A stretch of DNA of 64,000 nt, taken from Actinomycetales bacterium (GTDB lineage Bacteria; Actinomycetota; Actinomycetes; S36-B12). The notes beneath the pieces are model-generated. The model did not search any database. It saw nothing but the letters and a program-made list of their open reading frames with translations, and was not told the origin of the DNA. Where the stretch lies: the NCBI GenBank assembly GCA_016125355.1, contig WGLX01000001.1, positions 137 through 64,136 on the forward strand. Reading direction: 5' to 3'. A program made the translations under genes and the position numbers. Shown here piece after piece: positions 17,856 to 26,669 of the stretch; the first letter of the stretch is position 1; each line of letters starts with the position of its first letter.

Positions 17856-17893
17856 GGGTCCTCAGCCGGTCAGGTCCGCTGACGGTCAGGTCC

Positions 17894-18289
17894 TCACCCA
17901 AGCAAGTCCCGGACGTCATCCGGGACGTCCGCGGAGCACTCCTGCAGTGCCTCGAGGGGCACATGCTTGAGAGCCTCCTCGTTGGTGGCCGCCAGGACGA
18001 CCGGTGCCTTGACGCCCGCCTCATACGACTGGAGCCAGCGACTCGCGCAGACGCCCCAGCGGTCGCCCGGTTGCAGACCCGGGAACCCGTACTGGGGCAT
18101 GGGCGTGACCAGGTCGTTGCCGATGATGCGCTGGTGGTCCAGGAACTCGGCGGTGACCACGGCGCAGACGGTGTGCGACCCGATGTCCTCCGGCGCCGTG
18201 TTGCAGTACCCGTCGCGGAAGAAGCCGGTGGTCGGATCGAGGCTGCACACCTCCAGGGGCTCTCCGGTGACGCTTCGCTGGGGCTCCAT
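17894..18289 (-). CDS. DUF2237 family protein
   Basis: 131 aa with the conserved Cys pattern CSLDP, GFFRDGYC, HTVCAVV, GDRWGVC. Confidence 0.8.
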   Translation of the reverse strand: MEPQRSVTGEPLEVCSLDPTTGFFRDGYCNTAPEDIGSHTVCAVVTAEFLDHQRIIGNDLVTPMPQYGFPGLQPGDRWGVCASRWLQSYEAGVKAPVVLAATNEEALKHVPLEALQECSADVPDDVRDLLG

Positions 18290-18346
18290 ACCGCCAGACT
18301 AGGCGCCGCAAGGCTCCCCGGCCAGAGGTCGTTCACCCGGCCGACG

Positions 18347-19732
18347 TCATCGGGCCGCGATTCTCGCCGCTGTCGCCTTGGCCTGCGTGGCGCACGCCGC
18401 GAGCCCCGAGCCGCGATAGGCGGAGCCCGTCAGCAGCAGCCCGTCGAGCGGTTCCACCAGCGCGTCGAGGCGATCCATCCGAGCAGAGTGGCCCACGGTG
18501 TACTGCGGCATGGCTCCTGGCCATCTCTGGACGAGGCGGTCGAACGGCTCCGCCACCACGCCCATGATCGTGGCCAGGTCGGCGCGCACCCGGCCCTCCA
18601 GCTCGGCATCGTCCATGGGGAGCCAGCGGTTGTCGCCCCACCGCCCGACCATGCACTTGATGAGCACGACATCCTCGTTCGCCAGGTGCGGCCACTTGCT
18701 CGTCAGCCACGTGCACCCCACGATGAACGCGCCCTCCACCGGGGGAACGAGGAAACCCGTTCCCGTCAACGCCTGAGGCAGTTCGGCCGGTCGATAGGCC
18801 AGCGTGACGTTGGCGACATCGACGTAGGGGGTCTCGCGGAGGATCCCGGCCGCCTCGACGGACAACGGCTCCAGGAGGTCCGCCGCGGTGTAGGCCGGGG
18901 TGGCCACGACCACGATGTCCGCGGTGTGCGATCCCGCTGGTGTGGTGACCGTCCAGCGTCCGTCCGCCTCCCTGGCCAGGCCGGTCGCGGCGGAACCCAG
19001 TCGGAGGCTGTCGGCGCCGATCTCAGACACCATGGCCTGCGTCAGCCGGGAGAGTCCGCCACGCAGGGAGACGAGCGCCGCCGGCCGCTTGCTGTCTGGC
19101 GGCTTCGGTGCCGCGCGGCGACGGTCACGCATCGTGAGGATCATGCTGCGGCCCGTGCGGGCCATCGCTGCGATCTCCGGGACCGTGCTGCCGGCACTCA
19201 GCAGATCCGGACTGCCGGCATGCACGCCGCCCAGGAGCGGCTCCACCATGCGGTCGTAGACCTCGGACCCGAATCTCGGGCGCACCAGTTCGCCCACGGA
19301 CGGATCACCGGGCAGCGCGGTGCGGGGAAGCACGACGTCGAGGCCGGCCCGCAGCGTGCCTGCGGGCGAGAGCAACCCCGAGCGGAGCACCGGGAGCAGT
19401 CGCTCCGGCAGGCCGAACGTGGCTCCCGGAGGGATCGGCCGCAGCCTCCCCCGCGACCAGATGAACGCCCCACCGGGCATGGGTTCGACGATCTGGTCCG
19501 TCAGTCCCAGGCCGTCGATCAGCTCCCGCAGCTCCGCACCCCGGGCGAGGAGGGAGTCGGGGCCGGTGTCCACCGGCAGGCCGGCGAGCAGGGGCGTCCT
19601 GACCTTCCCGCCGGCCTCGGCCCGCGCGTCGAGCACCGTGATGGCGGTCTCGGGGCCGAGCTGCCAGCGCAGGAAGGTGGCGGTTGCCAGGCCCGCGGGC
19701 CCGGCGCCCACGATGACGATCGACGATGGCAC
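18347..19732 (-). CDS. hemY: Protoporphyrinogen/coproporphyrinogen III oxidase (HemY/CgoX family)
   Basis: GTG 19732. FAD fold SIVIVGAGPAGLATA. Length and C-terminal LTGSAYRGSGLAAC fit HemY. The longer ORF upstream overlaps the thioredoxin gene and was rejected. Confidence 0.87.
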   Translation of the reverse strand: MPSSIVIVGAGPAGLATATFLRWQLGPETAITVLDARAEAGGKVRTPLLAGLPVDTGPDSLLARGAELRELIDGLGLTDQIVEPMPGGAFIWSRGRLRPIPPGATFGLPERLLPVLRSGLLSPAGTLRAGLDVVLPRTALPGDPSVGELVRPRFGSEVYDRMVEPLLGGVHAGSPDLLSAGSTVPEIAAMARTGRSMILTMRDRRRAAPKPPDSKRPAALVSLRGGLSRLTQAMVSEIGADSLRLGSAATGLAREADGRWTVTTPAGSHTADIVVVATPAYTAADLLEPLSVEAAGILRETPYVDVANVTLAYRPAELPQALTGTGFLVPPVEGAFIVGCTWLTSKWPHLANEDVVLIKCMVGRWGDNRWLPMDDAELEGRVRADLATIMGVVAEPFDRLVQRWPGAMPQYTVGHSARMDRLDALVEPLDGLLLTGSAYRGSGLAACATQAKATAARIAAR

Positions 19733-19801
19733 CCGCGGATTGTCCCATCCGTGGGAACGCTGCCCGGAGGGCGTAGCCTGCTGGCCGAAGAAGGAGCTGT
19801 C

Positions 19802-20188
19802 ATGTCCACCGTCGCCCTCACCGCCGACTCGTTCCGCGCCATGCTGCGCGACGAGGGCATCACCCTCGTCGAGTTCTGGGGGTCCTGGTGCAAGCCGTGC
19901 CTCACCTTCATGCCCGTCTTCGAGGCCGCTGCGGAGGAGCACGCCGACGTGCGGTTCGCCACGCTCGACACGCAGGCCGAGGTGACCCTGGCCGCCGAGC
20001 TCGGCGTCTCCGGCGTCCCCACCGTGCGTGCCTACCGCGACGGCGTCCAGCTCATGGACTTCTCCGGGCCTATGACCATGGAGATGATCCGCTCGGTCGT
20101 CGAGCAGGTGAGGGCGCTGGACATGGACGACGTCATCGAGCGCGCCGTCGCACGGGAGCCCCTTCCCGCCATCCGACCCATGGGCTGA
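19802..20188 (+). CDS. Thioredoxin (non-canonical WCKPC active site)
   Basis: ATG 19802 behind AAGGAG. Motifs LVEFWGSWCKPC and GVSGVPT fit the thioredoxin fold. Confidence 0.9.
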   Translation: MSTVALTADSFRAMLRDEGITLVEFWGSWCKPCLTFMPVFEAAAEEHADVRFATLDTQAEVTLAAELGVSGVPTVRAYRDGVQLMDFSGPMTMEMIRSVVEQVRALDMDDVIERAVAREPLPAIRPMG

Positions 20189-20287
20189 GGCCATTCAGGA
20201 ACGGGCGACACCCACCCGGGCAGGCCGCTGGAGCCAACTTCGGCGCTCGGGCGGCACTAGCCTGATGCCATCGGAGGCGGTGGTGCC

Positions 20288-21778
20288 ATGCGACTGTCAG
20301 CGCTGCTCCCCCCGGTCCGATCGGTCGCCGAGGGAACGCCACCGACCCGTGACCGCATCCTCGATGCCGTTCGTGCCTTCGCCCTCCTGGTGGTGGTCTT
20401 CGGCCACCTGCTGATGGCCGTCGTCTACTGGCCGGCCTCGGGAGACGAGGCTCGCATCGGCAACCTCATGGCCTCCTATCCCGCCCTGCAGTACCTCACC
20501 TGGATCCTGCAGGTCATGCCGATCTTCTTCGCCTTCGGCGGCGCGGCGAGCGTCATCGCCTGGCGGAAGGCCGATGCCGGCGATGTCCTGTACTCCGCGT
20601 GGATGTGGGGACGGATCCGGAGACTCCTGCGGCCAGTGCTCGTGTACCTGGCGATCATGGCCGTGTTCTCCGCGATCATGACGATCGTCGTCGGACCGGA
20701 CCTGGACCCGCTCCTGTCGATCATCAACGGACCCCTGTGGTTCCTCGGTGTCTACACGCTCACCCTGCTGTTCCTGCCGTTCATGTGGTGGGTCCACCAG
20801 CACAACCGGGCGATCGCCTTCCTGGTGCTGATCCCGCTCGCGACGCTCGACTCGATCGGCGTGACCATCCTGGGCTGGCCGCTCTGGGTCGGCTTCTTCA
20901 ACTACCTGCTGTGCTGGCTTGCGATCCAGCAGCTCGGCTTCTTCTGGGGTGAGTCGACCCGCCAGCGCTCGTGGGTGCTCGTGGCCCTCGTCGCCTTCAT
21001 CGTCAACGTGGCGCTCGTGTACTTCGGACCGTGGCCGGTGAGCCTGGTCGGGCTTCCGGGCGATGTCGTCGACTTCGACCACATCTCGATCCTCGGGCAC
21101 ACGTTCCCGGTGCCCGGATTCCATGGCGAGTACTCGAACATGGCTCCTCCGAGCATCGTGCTGCTGCTCCACGGCCTGATGCTCGTGTCGCTGGTGTTCA
21201 TCGCCCGCCGGCCCCTCGAGCGGGCGCTCCACCGGCCCCGCGTGTGGCTCGTCACGACGTTCATGACGCTGACGGCGATGAGCCTGTATATCTGGCACCT
21301 GCTGGCCATCGTGCTGTCCCTCACGACCCTGCGGATGCTCGGCCTTCCGCCACCGACGCGCCTGGACGCCCACGGATTCCCCGAGCCTTCCGATACGGGC
21401 ACCTACGCCCTGTGGTTCGTCGGCTTCCTCGCGGTGTTCCTCGTGTACCTCGCCGCCCTGGTCCTGCTGACGTGGGCGACGCAGTTCCGGCCGCTCCCAC
21501 TCTGGGACGCCGCACCACGGCACGGACTGCTCCCGGTCACGGCACCGGGCTGGCTCTACGTCACCCTCGTGGTCGTGTCGGGCGTCCTCGTGGGTGCGGG
21601 CATCCTCGTGGTCGCGTTGATCGGCTTCGCCGGATTCCCCCTGCACAACGCGCAATGGTCCGGGATCACGCTGAACGCCCTCGTGGGGATCGTGATGCTG
21701 CTCGGCGGCTCCCTGATGATGCGCGCGCTGGCCCGTCAGCCGCTGCCGGCGGTCGAGTCCTCGAGCCGGCCGTCGTAG
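20288..21778 (+). CDS. Acyltransferase family 3 integral membrane protein
   Basis: 496 aa, polytopic. N-terminal RILDAVRAFALLVVVFGHLL is typical of acyltransferase_3. Confidence 0.85.
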   Translation: MRLSALLPPVRSVAEGTPPTRDRILDAVRAFALLVVVFGHLLMAVVYWPASGDEARIGNLMASYPALQYLTWILQVMPIFFAFGGAASVIAWRKADAGDVLYSAWMWGRIRRLLRPVLVYLAIMAVFSAIMTIVVGPDLDPLLSIINGPLWFLGVYTLTLLFLPFMWWVHQHNRAIAFLVLIPLATLDSIGVTILGWPLWVGFFNYLLCWLAIQQLGFFWGESTRQRSWVLVALVAFIVNVALVYFGPWPVSLVGLPGDVVDFDHISILGHTFPVPGFHGEYSNMAPPSIVLLLHGLMLVSLVFIARRPLERALHRPRVWLVTTFMTLTAMSLYIWHLLAIVLSLTTLRMLGLPPPTRLDAHGFPEPSDTGTYALWFVGFLAVFLVYLAALVLLTWATQFRPLPLWDAAPRHGLLPVTAPGWLYVTLVVVSGVLVGAGILVVALIGFAGFPLHNAQWSGITLNALVGIVMLLGGSLMMRALARQPLPAVESSSRPS

Positions 21779-21860
21779 CCCGGGCCCGAGCCGGCCCCGG
21801 GAAGGATGCGATCGCCGGCACCCCGTATCCCTGCGGTGACGGAGGTGGCACCCTTGAGCG

Positions 21861-22223
21861 GTGACGGCTGTCCTTCTCGCACTGCGTTTCGTCCTGGAAT
21901 TGTGCCTGCTGGCCGCATTCGCCGTCATCGGCTGGGACGCCTTCGACAACGTGGTGGCCCGCCTCGTGGCGGCCCTGGCCCTTCCCCTCGCCGTCGCCCT
22001 CGTGTGGGGGATGGCGCTGTCGCCTCGCCGGCGCATCGACCTGCCACTGGTCGTGCGGGTGCTCGCGGAGCTCGCCCTCTTCCTCACCGCCGCCGTCGGC
22101 GTGTGGTCGGCGGGCTTCCCCGTCGCCGCCATCGTGCTCGCGGCCGCCGAGGTCGTCGTGCTCGGCGGTCTTGCCCTGCGCGGTGTACGTCCGGGTGCGG
22201 ATCCGGGGGCCGGCCGGGGCTGA
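21861..22223 (+). CDS. YrdB/DUF2568-like small membrane protein
   Basis: 120 aa, four TM helices. N-terminus LLALRFVLELCLLAAFAVIGW resembles DUF2568. Confidence 0.65.
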   Translation: MTAVLLALRFVLELCLLAAFAVIGWDAFDNVVARLVAALALPLAVALVWGMALSPRRRIDLPLVVRVLAELALFLTAAVGVWSAGFPVAAIVLAAAEVVVLGGLALRGVRPGADPGAGRG

Positions 22224-22233
22224 GGTATCCGGG

Positions 22234-22404
22234 TCAGTCGGAGGCTTCTCGGAGGGCGGCGCCGAGCTGCTTCGCCTCCTCGACAGTGAGCTGGAGGACG
22301 AGGCTCTCCCGCAGCTGGTCCAGTGGGACCCGGATCACCACACCCCGGCCCTCACGGGTCGCCTCCATCGGGCACAGCACTCCCCGTGGCTTCAATGCAC
22401 CCAC
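22234..22404 (-). CDS. DUF3117-like small protein (56 aa)
   Basis: Not in the ORF track. GTG 22404 lies 8 nt after AAGGAGG. Translation: VGALKPRGVLCPMEATREGRGVVIRVPLDQLRESLVLQLTVEEAKQLGAALREASD. It resembles the conserved actinobacterial DUF3117 pattern (KPR, TKEGRG-V-RVPL, L-L-EEA-LG, from memory). Confidence 0.6.
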   Translation of the reverse strand: MGALKPRGVLCPMEATREGRGVVIRVPLDQLRESLVLQLTVEEAKQLGAALREASD

Positions 22405-22464
22405 GAGTTCAACGCCTCCTTCGATCCGTACCGTGGGAGGAGTCGACGGCCGGTGGGGCAGACG

Positions 22465-22863
22465 TCATTCGCCGCCGATGTCCCGGTTGACGGACTCCCA
22501 GACGAGGTCGATCGAGCGATGCCGGTAGCGCGACTCGTCACGTGCGAGGTCGCTCAGCTCACCGGCGAGCTCCTCCACTGCCCCCGGGTCCCCGGCGACG
22601 GAGGACAGGCGCTGGCGCAGTCGTCGCGCCCGGTCCATCAGCTCCGCACGGTCACGACGCAGCCGGTCGGCACGGGGGGCGAGGTCGGGTGCGGCCCAGA
22701 CCGCTTCGGCGAAGTCGCCGGAGGGTCCATCGTCGACCAGCTCATCGCGGCGCAGTCGGTCCATCAGGGCATCCAGCGCGCGGCTGGCCGCCAGCCACCA
22801 GGTGCCGCCGCCACGGGTATCGGAGGCCACTCGGCCCAGATCCGGAATGTAGGTCGTGGACAT
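22465..22863 (-). CDS. Hypothetical Arg/Asp-rich helical protein
   Basis: ATG 22863 (MSTTYIPDL). 132 aa, no family recognised. Lies 60 nt upstream of the DUF3117-like ORF on the same strand. Confidence 0.55.
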   Translation of the reverse strand: MSTTYIPDLGRVASDTRGGGTWWLAASRALDALMDRLRRDELVDDGPSGDFAEAVWAAPDLAPRADRLRRDRAELMDRARRLRQRLSSVAGDPGAVEELAGELSDLARDESRYRHRSIDLVWESVNRDIGGE

Positions 22864-23011
22864 CACCGCTCCCTTCCCTCGGCCCGGCGCACCGGGCATG
22901 CCCCCGCTGCCTGTCACGACCACTATCCGCCGCGATGGAACCCATCGGCATGTGCGGAGGGCCGCGGTTGTGCCTCAGGAATGTCGCGGTCTCATCACAC
23001 CGCGAAGGTGG

Positions 23012-23977
23012 TCAGGCGCGGTGCGGCTGGATGGCGTCCGCCGGAACGACCCCGAGGCGGCCCGCCTGGTAGTCCTCGAAGGCCTCGATGAGCTCGGCCT
23101 TGGAGCACATCACGAACGGGCCGTAGGCGGCCACCGGCTCGCGCAGCGGGACACCGCCGATGAGGAACACCTCGAGATTGGGGTGCCGGGAGTCCTGCTT
23201 GTCATCCGCCTGCAGGACCACGGAGTTCCCGGATTCGAGGACGGCGAGCTGCCCGCTGCCGAATGGCCGGCCCTCGGCACCCACGCTGCCCGACCCGGAC
23301 AGCGCGTAGGCGAGGGCGTTGAACTCGGCCGGCCACGGGATGACGACCCGGGCGCCCGGCGCGATCGTCACGTGCGCGATGGCCAGCGGCGTGTGCGAGA
23401 TGCCGGGACCGGCGTGGCCGTCCACAGTGCCGGCGAGCACGCGGACGAGGGCGCCCCCGTCGGACGAGCTCAGGAGGACGAGATCGCGTCCCTGCAGGTC
23501 CTGGTACTGGGGGGCGATCCGCTTCTTCTCGCGCGGCAGGTTGATCCACAGCTGGAGCCCGTGGAACAGGCCGCCGGCCTCCACAAGGGGCGCCGGCGGC
23601 GTCTCGATGTGCAGGATGCCGTCGCCCGCGGTCATGTACTGGGTGCCGCCATCCGAGATGACTCCGCCGCCGCCGTTGGAGTCCTGATGGATGAACTCGC
23701 CGTCGATCAGGTAGGTGAAGGTCTCGAAGCCACGGTGGGGATGCCACGGGGTGCCCTTGGGCTCACCCGCGCCGTACTCCACCTCGCCCATCTGGTCCAT
23801 GTGGATGAAGGGGTCGAGCTTCTCGAGCGGAACGCCGGCGAACGCCCGGTGGACGGGAAACCCCTCCCCCTCGAATCCCCGGGGGGCAGTGGTCAGGGAC
23901 GTGACCGTACGGCCGGACTGCTCTGGCATCACGGTCAGTCGGGGCAGGGTCAGGGTGTCAGCGGTGACGGCGGGCAT
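23012..23977 (-). CDS. Pirin family protein
   Basis: 321 aa. Pirin N- and C-terminal cupin halves (HPHRGFETFTYLIDGEF, GPFVM). Confidence 0.92.
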   Translation of the reverse strand: MPAVTADTLTLPRLTVMPEQSGRTVTSLTTAPRGFEGEGFPVHRAFAGVPLEKLDPFIHMDQMGEVEYGAGEPKGTPWHPHRGFETFTYLIDGEFIHQDSNGGGGVISDGGTQYMTAGDGILHIETPPAPLVEAGGLFHGLQLWINLPREKKRIAPQYQDLQGRDLVLLSSSDGGALVRVLAGTVDGHAGPGISHTPLAIAHVTIAPGARVVIPWPAEFNALAYALSGSGSVGAEGRPFGSGQLAVLESGNSVVLQADDKQDSRHPNLEVFLIGGVPLREPVAAYGPFVMCSKAELIEAFEDYQAGRLGVVPADAIQPHRA

Positions 23978-24038
23978 GGCTCCTCCTCGTGGTCGATACT
24001 TTAGCGTTCAACTACCGAGGAGTGCATTTTCTTCCCGA

Positions 24039-24506
24039 TCACGCGACGGTGGCCGCGGAGCGCATCCTGATGTAGTCGTTCGAGGACCCCGTGAACAGCA
24101 GCGCGAGCACGATCAGCTCGAGGGCGACCGTCAGGAGCGCCCGCTGCCAGTAGCCCTCGAAGAGGAAGGCGAGGCCCCCGACGAGGTTCAGCGTGGCAAA
24201 GATCGCGACGAGGATGCGGGCCCAGCTTCGGCCTCGTGCGAGGTACACGGCGGCGATCACCCGCAGCACCGCCACGGCGAGGATGACCACCGCGGCCACG
24301 AACACCGCTGTGATCAGGGCCGAGCCCGGGATGTCGATCACGCCCTGCCGCACCAGAGCACTGTCCAGTTCGCCCTCGAGACCTCGATCCTTCAGTTCCA
24401 GGGCCGCCAGCAGCAGGTCGAAGCCGCTGATCGCGGCAATGAGCGCGGCCACCCACTGGAGAACGACGACCACGGTCAACGTCAGTGGACGCTCCATCCG
24501 GACCAC
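24039..24506 (-). CDS. Hypothetical membrane protein (4 TM)
   Basis: 155-aa hydrophobic ORF, no family recognised. Confidence 0.6.
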   Translation of the reverse strand: MVRMERPLTLTVVVVLQWVAALIAAISGFDLLLAALELKDRGLEGELDSALVRQGVIDIPGSALITAVFVAAVVILAVAVLRVIAAVYLARGRSWARILVAIFATLNLVGGLAFLFEGYWQRALLTVALELIVLALLFTGSSNDYIRMRSAATVA

Positions 24507-24545
24507 CTCCCCGCGCCCTCGGCGCGAGACTACGCGGGTGGATCC

Positions 24546-25304
24546 TCAGATGGGCAGTTTGCGGAACAGCGGCCGCGGCACCGCCTTGAGGCCGGTCATC
24601 ACCAGGCGCAGGGGCCCGGGCGCGTAGACGGTCTCGCGCCCCTTCCGCAGCGCGCCGACGATGATCCCCGCGACATCGTCCGGGTCCACCGTCATCGGCG
24701 CCTCGGGTAACCCCGTCGTCATGCGGGTGCGCACGAACCCGGGCCGGACGACGAGGACTCGCGCCCCCGATCCGTGAAGCGCATCGCCCAGCCCCTGGGC
24801 GAAGGCGTCGAGGCCGGCCTTCGTGGAGCCGTAGATGAAGTTGCTTCGGCGGGCCCGATCTCCCGCGACGCTGGACAGGACGACGAGGGTGCCGTGCCCT
24901 TGGCCGCGCAGTCGAGCGGCCACCCGCAGCCCGGCGCTCACCGCTCCGGTGTAGTTGACGGTGGCCATCTCGACGGCCTCGTCCGGGTTCGCCTCGGCCT
25001 CGGCCTGGTCGCCCAGCACGCCGAACGCGAGCAGGACGACATCGATGTCGCCAGCATCGAACACCCCGTTGATGACGGAGTCGTGGCTGGCGGTGTCACG
25101 CGCGTCGAAGGCGACCGATTCGACACCCCCGACGCCGGCGGCGGTCAGCGCGGCCACAGCCTCATCGAGCGCCGGCGAGGGGCGCCCGGCGAGCACGACT
25201 CGGCGCAGGCGGGCCTGGGGGAGGGCGCGCACGGTGGCGAGGGCGATCTCACTGCTCCCCCCGAGGACGAGAACGGCCTGCGGTTCGCCGAGGGCATCCA
25301 TCAC
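24546..25304 (-). CDS. dprE2: Decaprenylphospho-2-keto-ribose reductase (SDR)
   Basis: 252-aa SDR (LVLGGSSEIA). 4-nt overlap with the upstream dprE1. Confidence 0.85.
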   Translation of the reverse strand: MMDALGEPQAVLVLGGSSEIALATVRALPQARLRRVVLAGRPSPALDEAVAALTAAGVGGVESVAFDARDTASHDSVINGVFDAGDIDVVLLAFGVLGDQAEAEANPDEAVEMATVNYTGAVSAGLRVAARLRGQGHGTLVVLSSVAGDRARRSNFIYGSTKAGLDAFAQGLGDALHGSGARVLVVRPGFVRTRMTTGLPEAPMTVDPDDVAGIIVGALRKGRETVYAPGPLRLVMTGLKAVPRPLFRKLPI

Positions 25305-26665
25305 AGTGACAGTCTCCTTGCGAGGTCGGACGTGAACACGTGCTTCGGATCCATGGCGTCACGGACGCGCTGCCACTCCGCCAGGCGCGGGTAGCTCGCC
25401 GCCATCATCTGCGGTGACATCCGCGAGTCCTTGGCGAGGTACAGGCGACCACCGACCGCCAGCACCTCCTCGTCCAGCGAGTCGAGAGTGGCAGCGAGGC
25501 CGTCCACCCCGGTCGGGACGTCGATGGCGAGGGTCCAGCCGGGCTGGGGGAAGGAGAGCGGGCCCGGATTGGCCGCGCCGAAGCGCTTGAGGACGGTCAC
25601 CGGGGAGACAGCACCGATGGCCCGCAGTCGACCGAGGGTCTCCCCCACGAGGTGTCCGGCGGAGTCCGGGACGGCGAACTGGTACTGCAGGAAGCCAGCC
25701 GGGCCGTAGCCGCGGTTCCACTCGTGCGCGATGTCGAGCGGATGGAAGAAGGTGGCGATCGACTGCAGCTCGCCACGCTTGGACTTGGGGGCCTTGCGGA
25801 ACCATGCCTCGTTGAACAGGCGCATGGTGAGCGGGTTGACCAGCCCGCTCGGGAACACCGGCGGCACGGTGGCCAGCGCCTTCGCCCCGTAGGCCAGTGG
25901 CTCGGACCGAACTTTCTCCGGGAGCCAGCCCGCGGGGGCATGGTCACCCCGCGTGAGCACACCGCGGCCGGACGGATGGACGCTGTCGACCCACGCCACG
26001 CTGTATCGGTAGGAGTCGTCGCCCTCGATCATCCGGTTCATCAGGTCATCGAGATCGACCGTTCGATCGGTGTCGACGCTGATGAGCGAGGACGTGATCG
26101 GGATGAGGTCGAAGGTCGCCTCGACGATGACGCCGGTCAGCCCCATGCCGCCGACGGTGGCCCAGAACTCATCCGGCGTGGACTGCTGGTCGAGGACGCG
26201 CTGCTGCCCGGTGCCGTCGACCAGCACCATGCGCGAGACGTGCGAGCCGAACGTCCCCTCGACGTGGTGGTTCTTGCCATGGACGTCCGCCGAGATGGCG
26301 CCGCCGACCGTGATCATGCGCGTGCCGGGGGTGACCGGTACGAAGTACCCGGCAGGAACGACGATCCGGAGCAGGTCGTCGAGGCTCACGCCCGCGCCCA
26401 CGGTCACCTCGTGGTGCTGAGGATCGAGGTGCACCCGGTTCATTCCGTCGAGTCGCAGGACGGTGGCGCCACCCGACTGAGCGGCGTCGCCATACGACCT
26501 GCCGAGCCCACGCGCGAGCACGCCCCGAGGACCGGCTTCGGCGACGGCCCGCTGCACCTCGGCGACGGACACCGGGTGCGTGACGACGGCGGCCGAGGGG
26601 GCCGTGTGGCCCCAGCCGAACAGGAGCTCCTCACCGGGGGAGGGGGCGAGCGGCGATGCGGTCAT
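25301..26665 (-). CDS. dprE1: Decaprenylphosphoryl-beta-D-ribose 2'-oxidase (FAD)
   Basis: ATG 26665 (MTASPLAP). FAD-binding PCMH domain. The C-terminus VLKRFGAANPGPLSFPQPGWTLAIDVP...GGRLYLAKDSR follows M. tuberculosis DprE1 closely (from memory). Confidence 0.9.
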   Translation of the reverse strand: MTASPLAPSPGEELLFGWGHTAPSAAVVTHPVSVAEVQRAVAEAGPRGVLARGLGRSYGDAAQSGGATVLRLDGMNRVHLDPQHHEVTVGAGVSLDDLLRIVVPAGYFVPVTPGTRMITVGGAISADVHGKNHHVEGTFGSHVSRMVLVDGTGQQRVLDQQSTPDEFWATVGGMGLTGVIVEATFDLIPITSSLISVDTDRTVDLDDLMNRMIEGDDSYRYSVAWVDSVHPSGRGVLTRGDHAPAGWLPEKVRSEPLAYGAKALATVPPVFPSGLVNPLTMRLFNEAWFRKAPKSKRGELQSIATFFHPLDIAHEWNRGYGPAGFLQYQFAVPDSAGHLVGETLGRLRAIGAVSPVTVLKRFGAANPGPLSFPQPGWTLAIDVPTGVDGLAATLDSLDEEVLAVGGRLYLAKDSRMSPQMMAASYPRLAEWQRVRDAMDPKHVFTSDLARRLSL

Positions 26666-26669
26666 GGGT

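Noticed and set aside
17963-20188. Very long ORFs antisense to, or out of frame with, recognised genes. Examples: 17963-20188 (741 aa), 20297-22132 (611 aa), 28155-30074 (639 aa), 31849-33837 (662 aa), 43641-45698 (685 aa), 49860-51752 (630 aa).
   Set aside because: These are typical shadow ORFs of GC-rich DNA. Their translations are low-complexity Arg/Pro/Gly/Asp-rich with no motifs, and each overlaps a gene with clear family signatures on the other strand or frame. Only the last 128 codons of 17963-20188 (the thioredoxin) are real.
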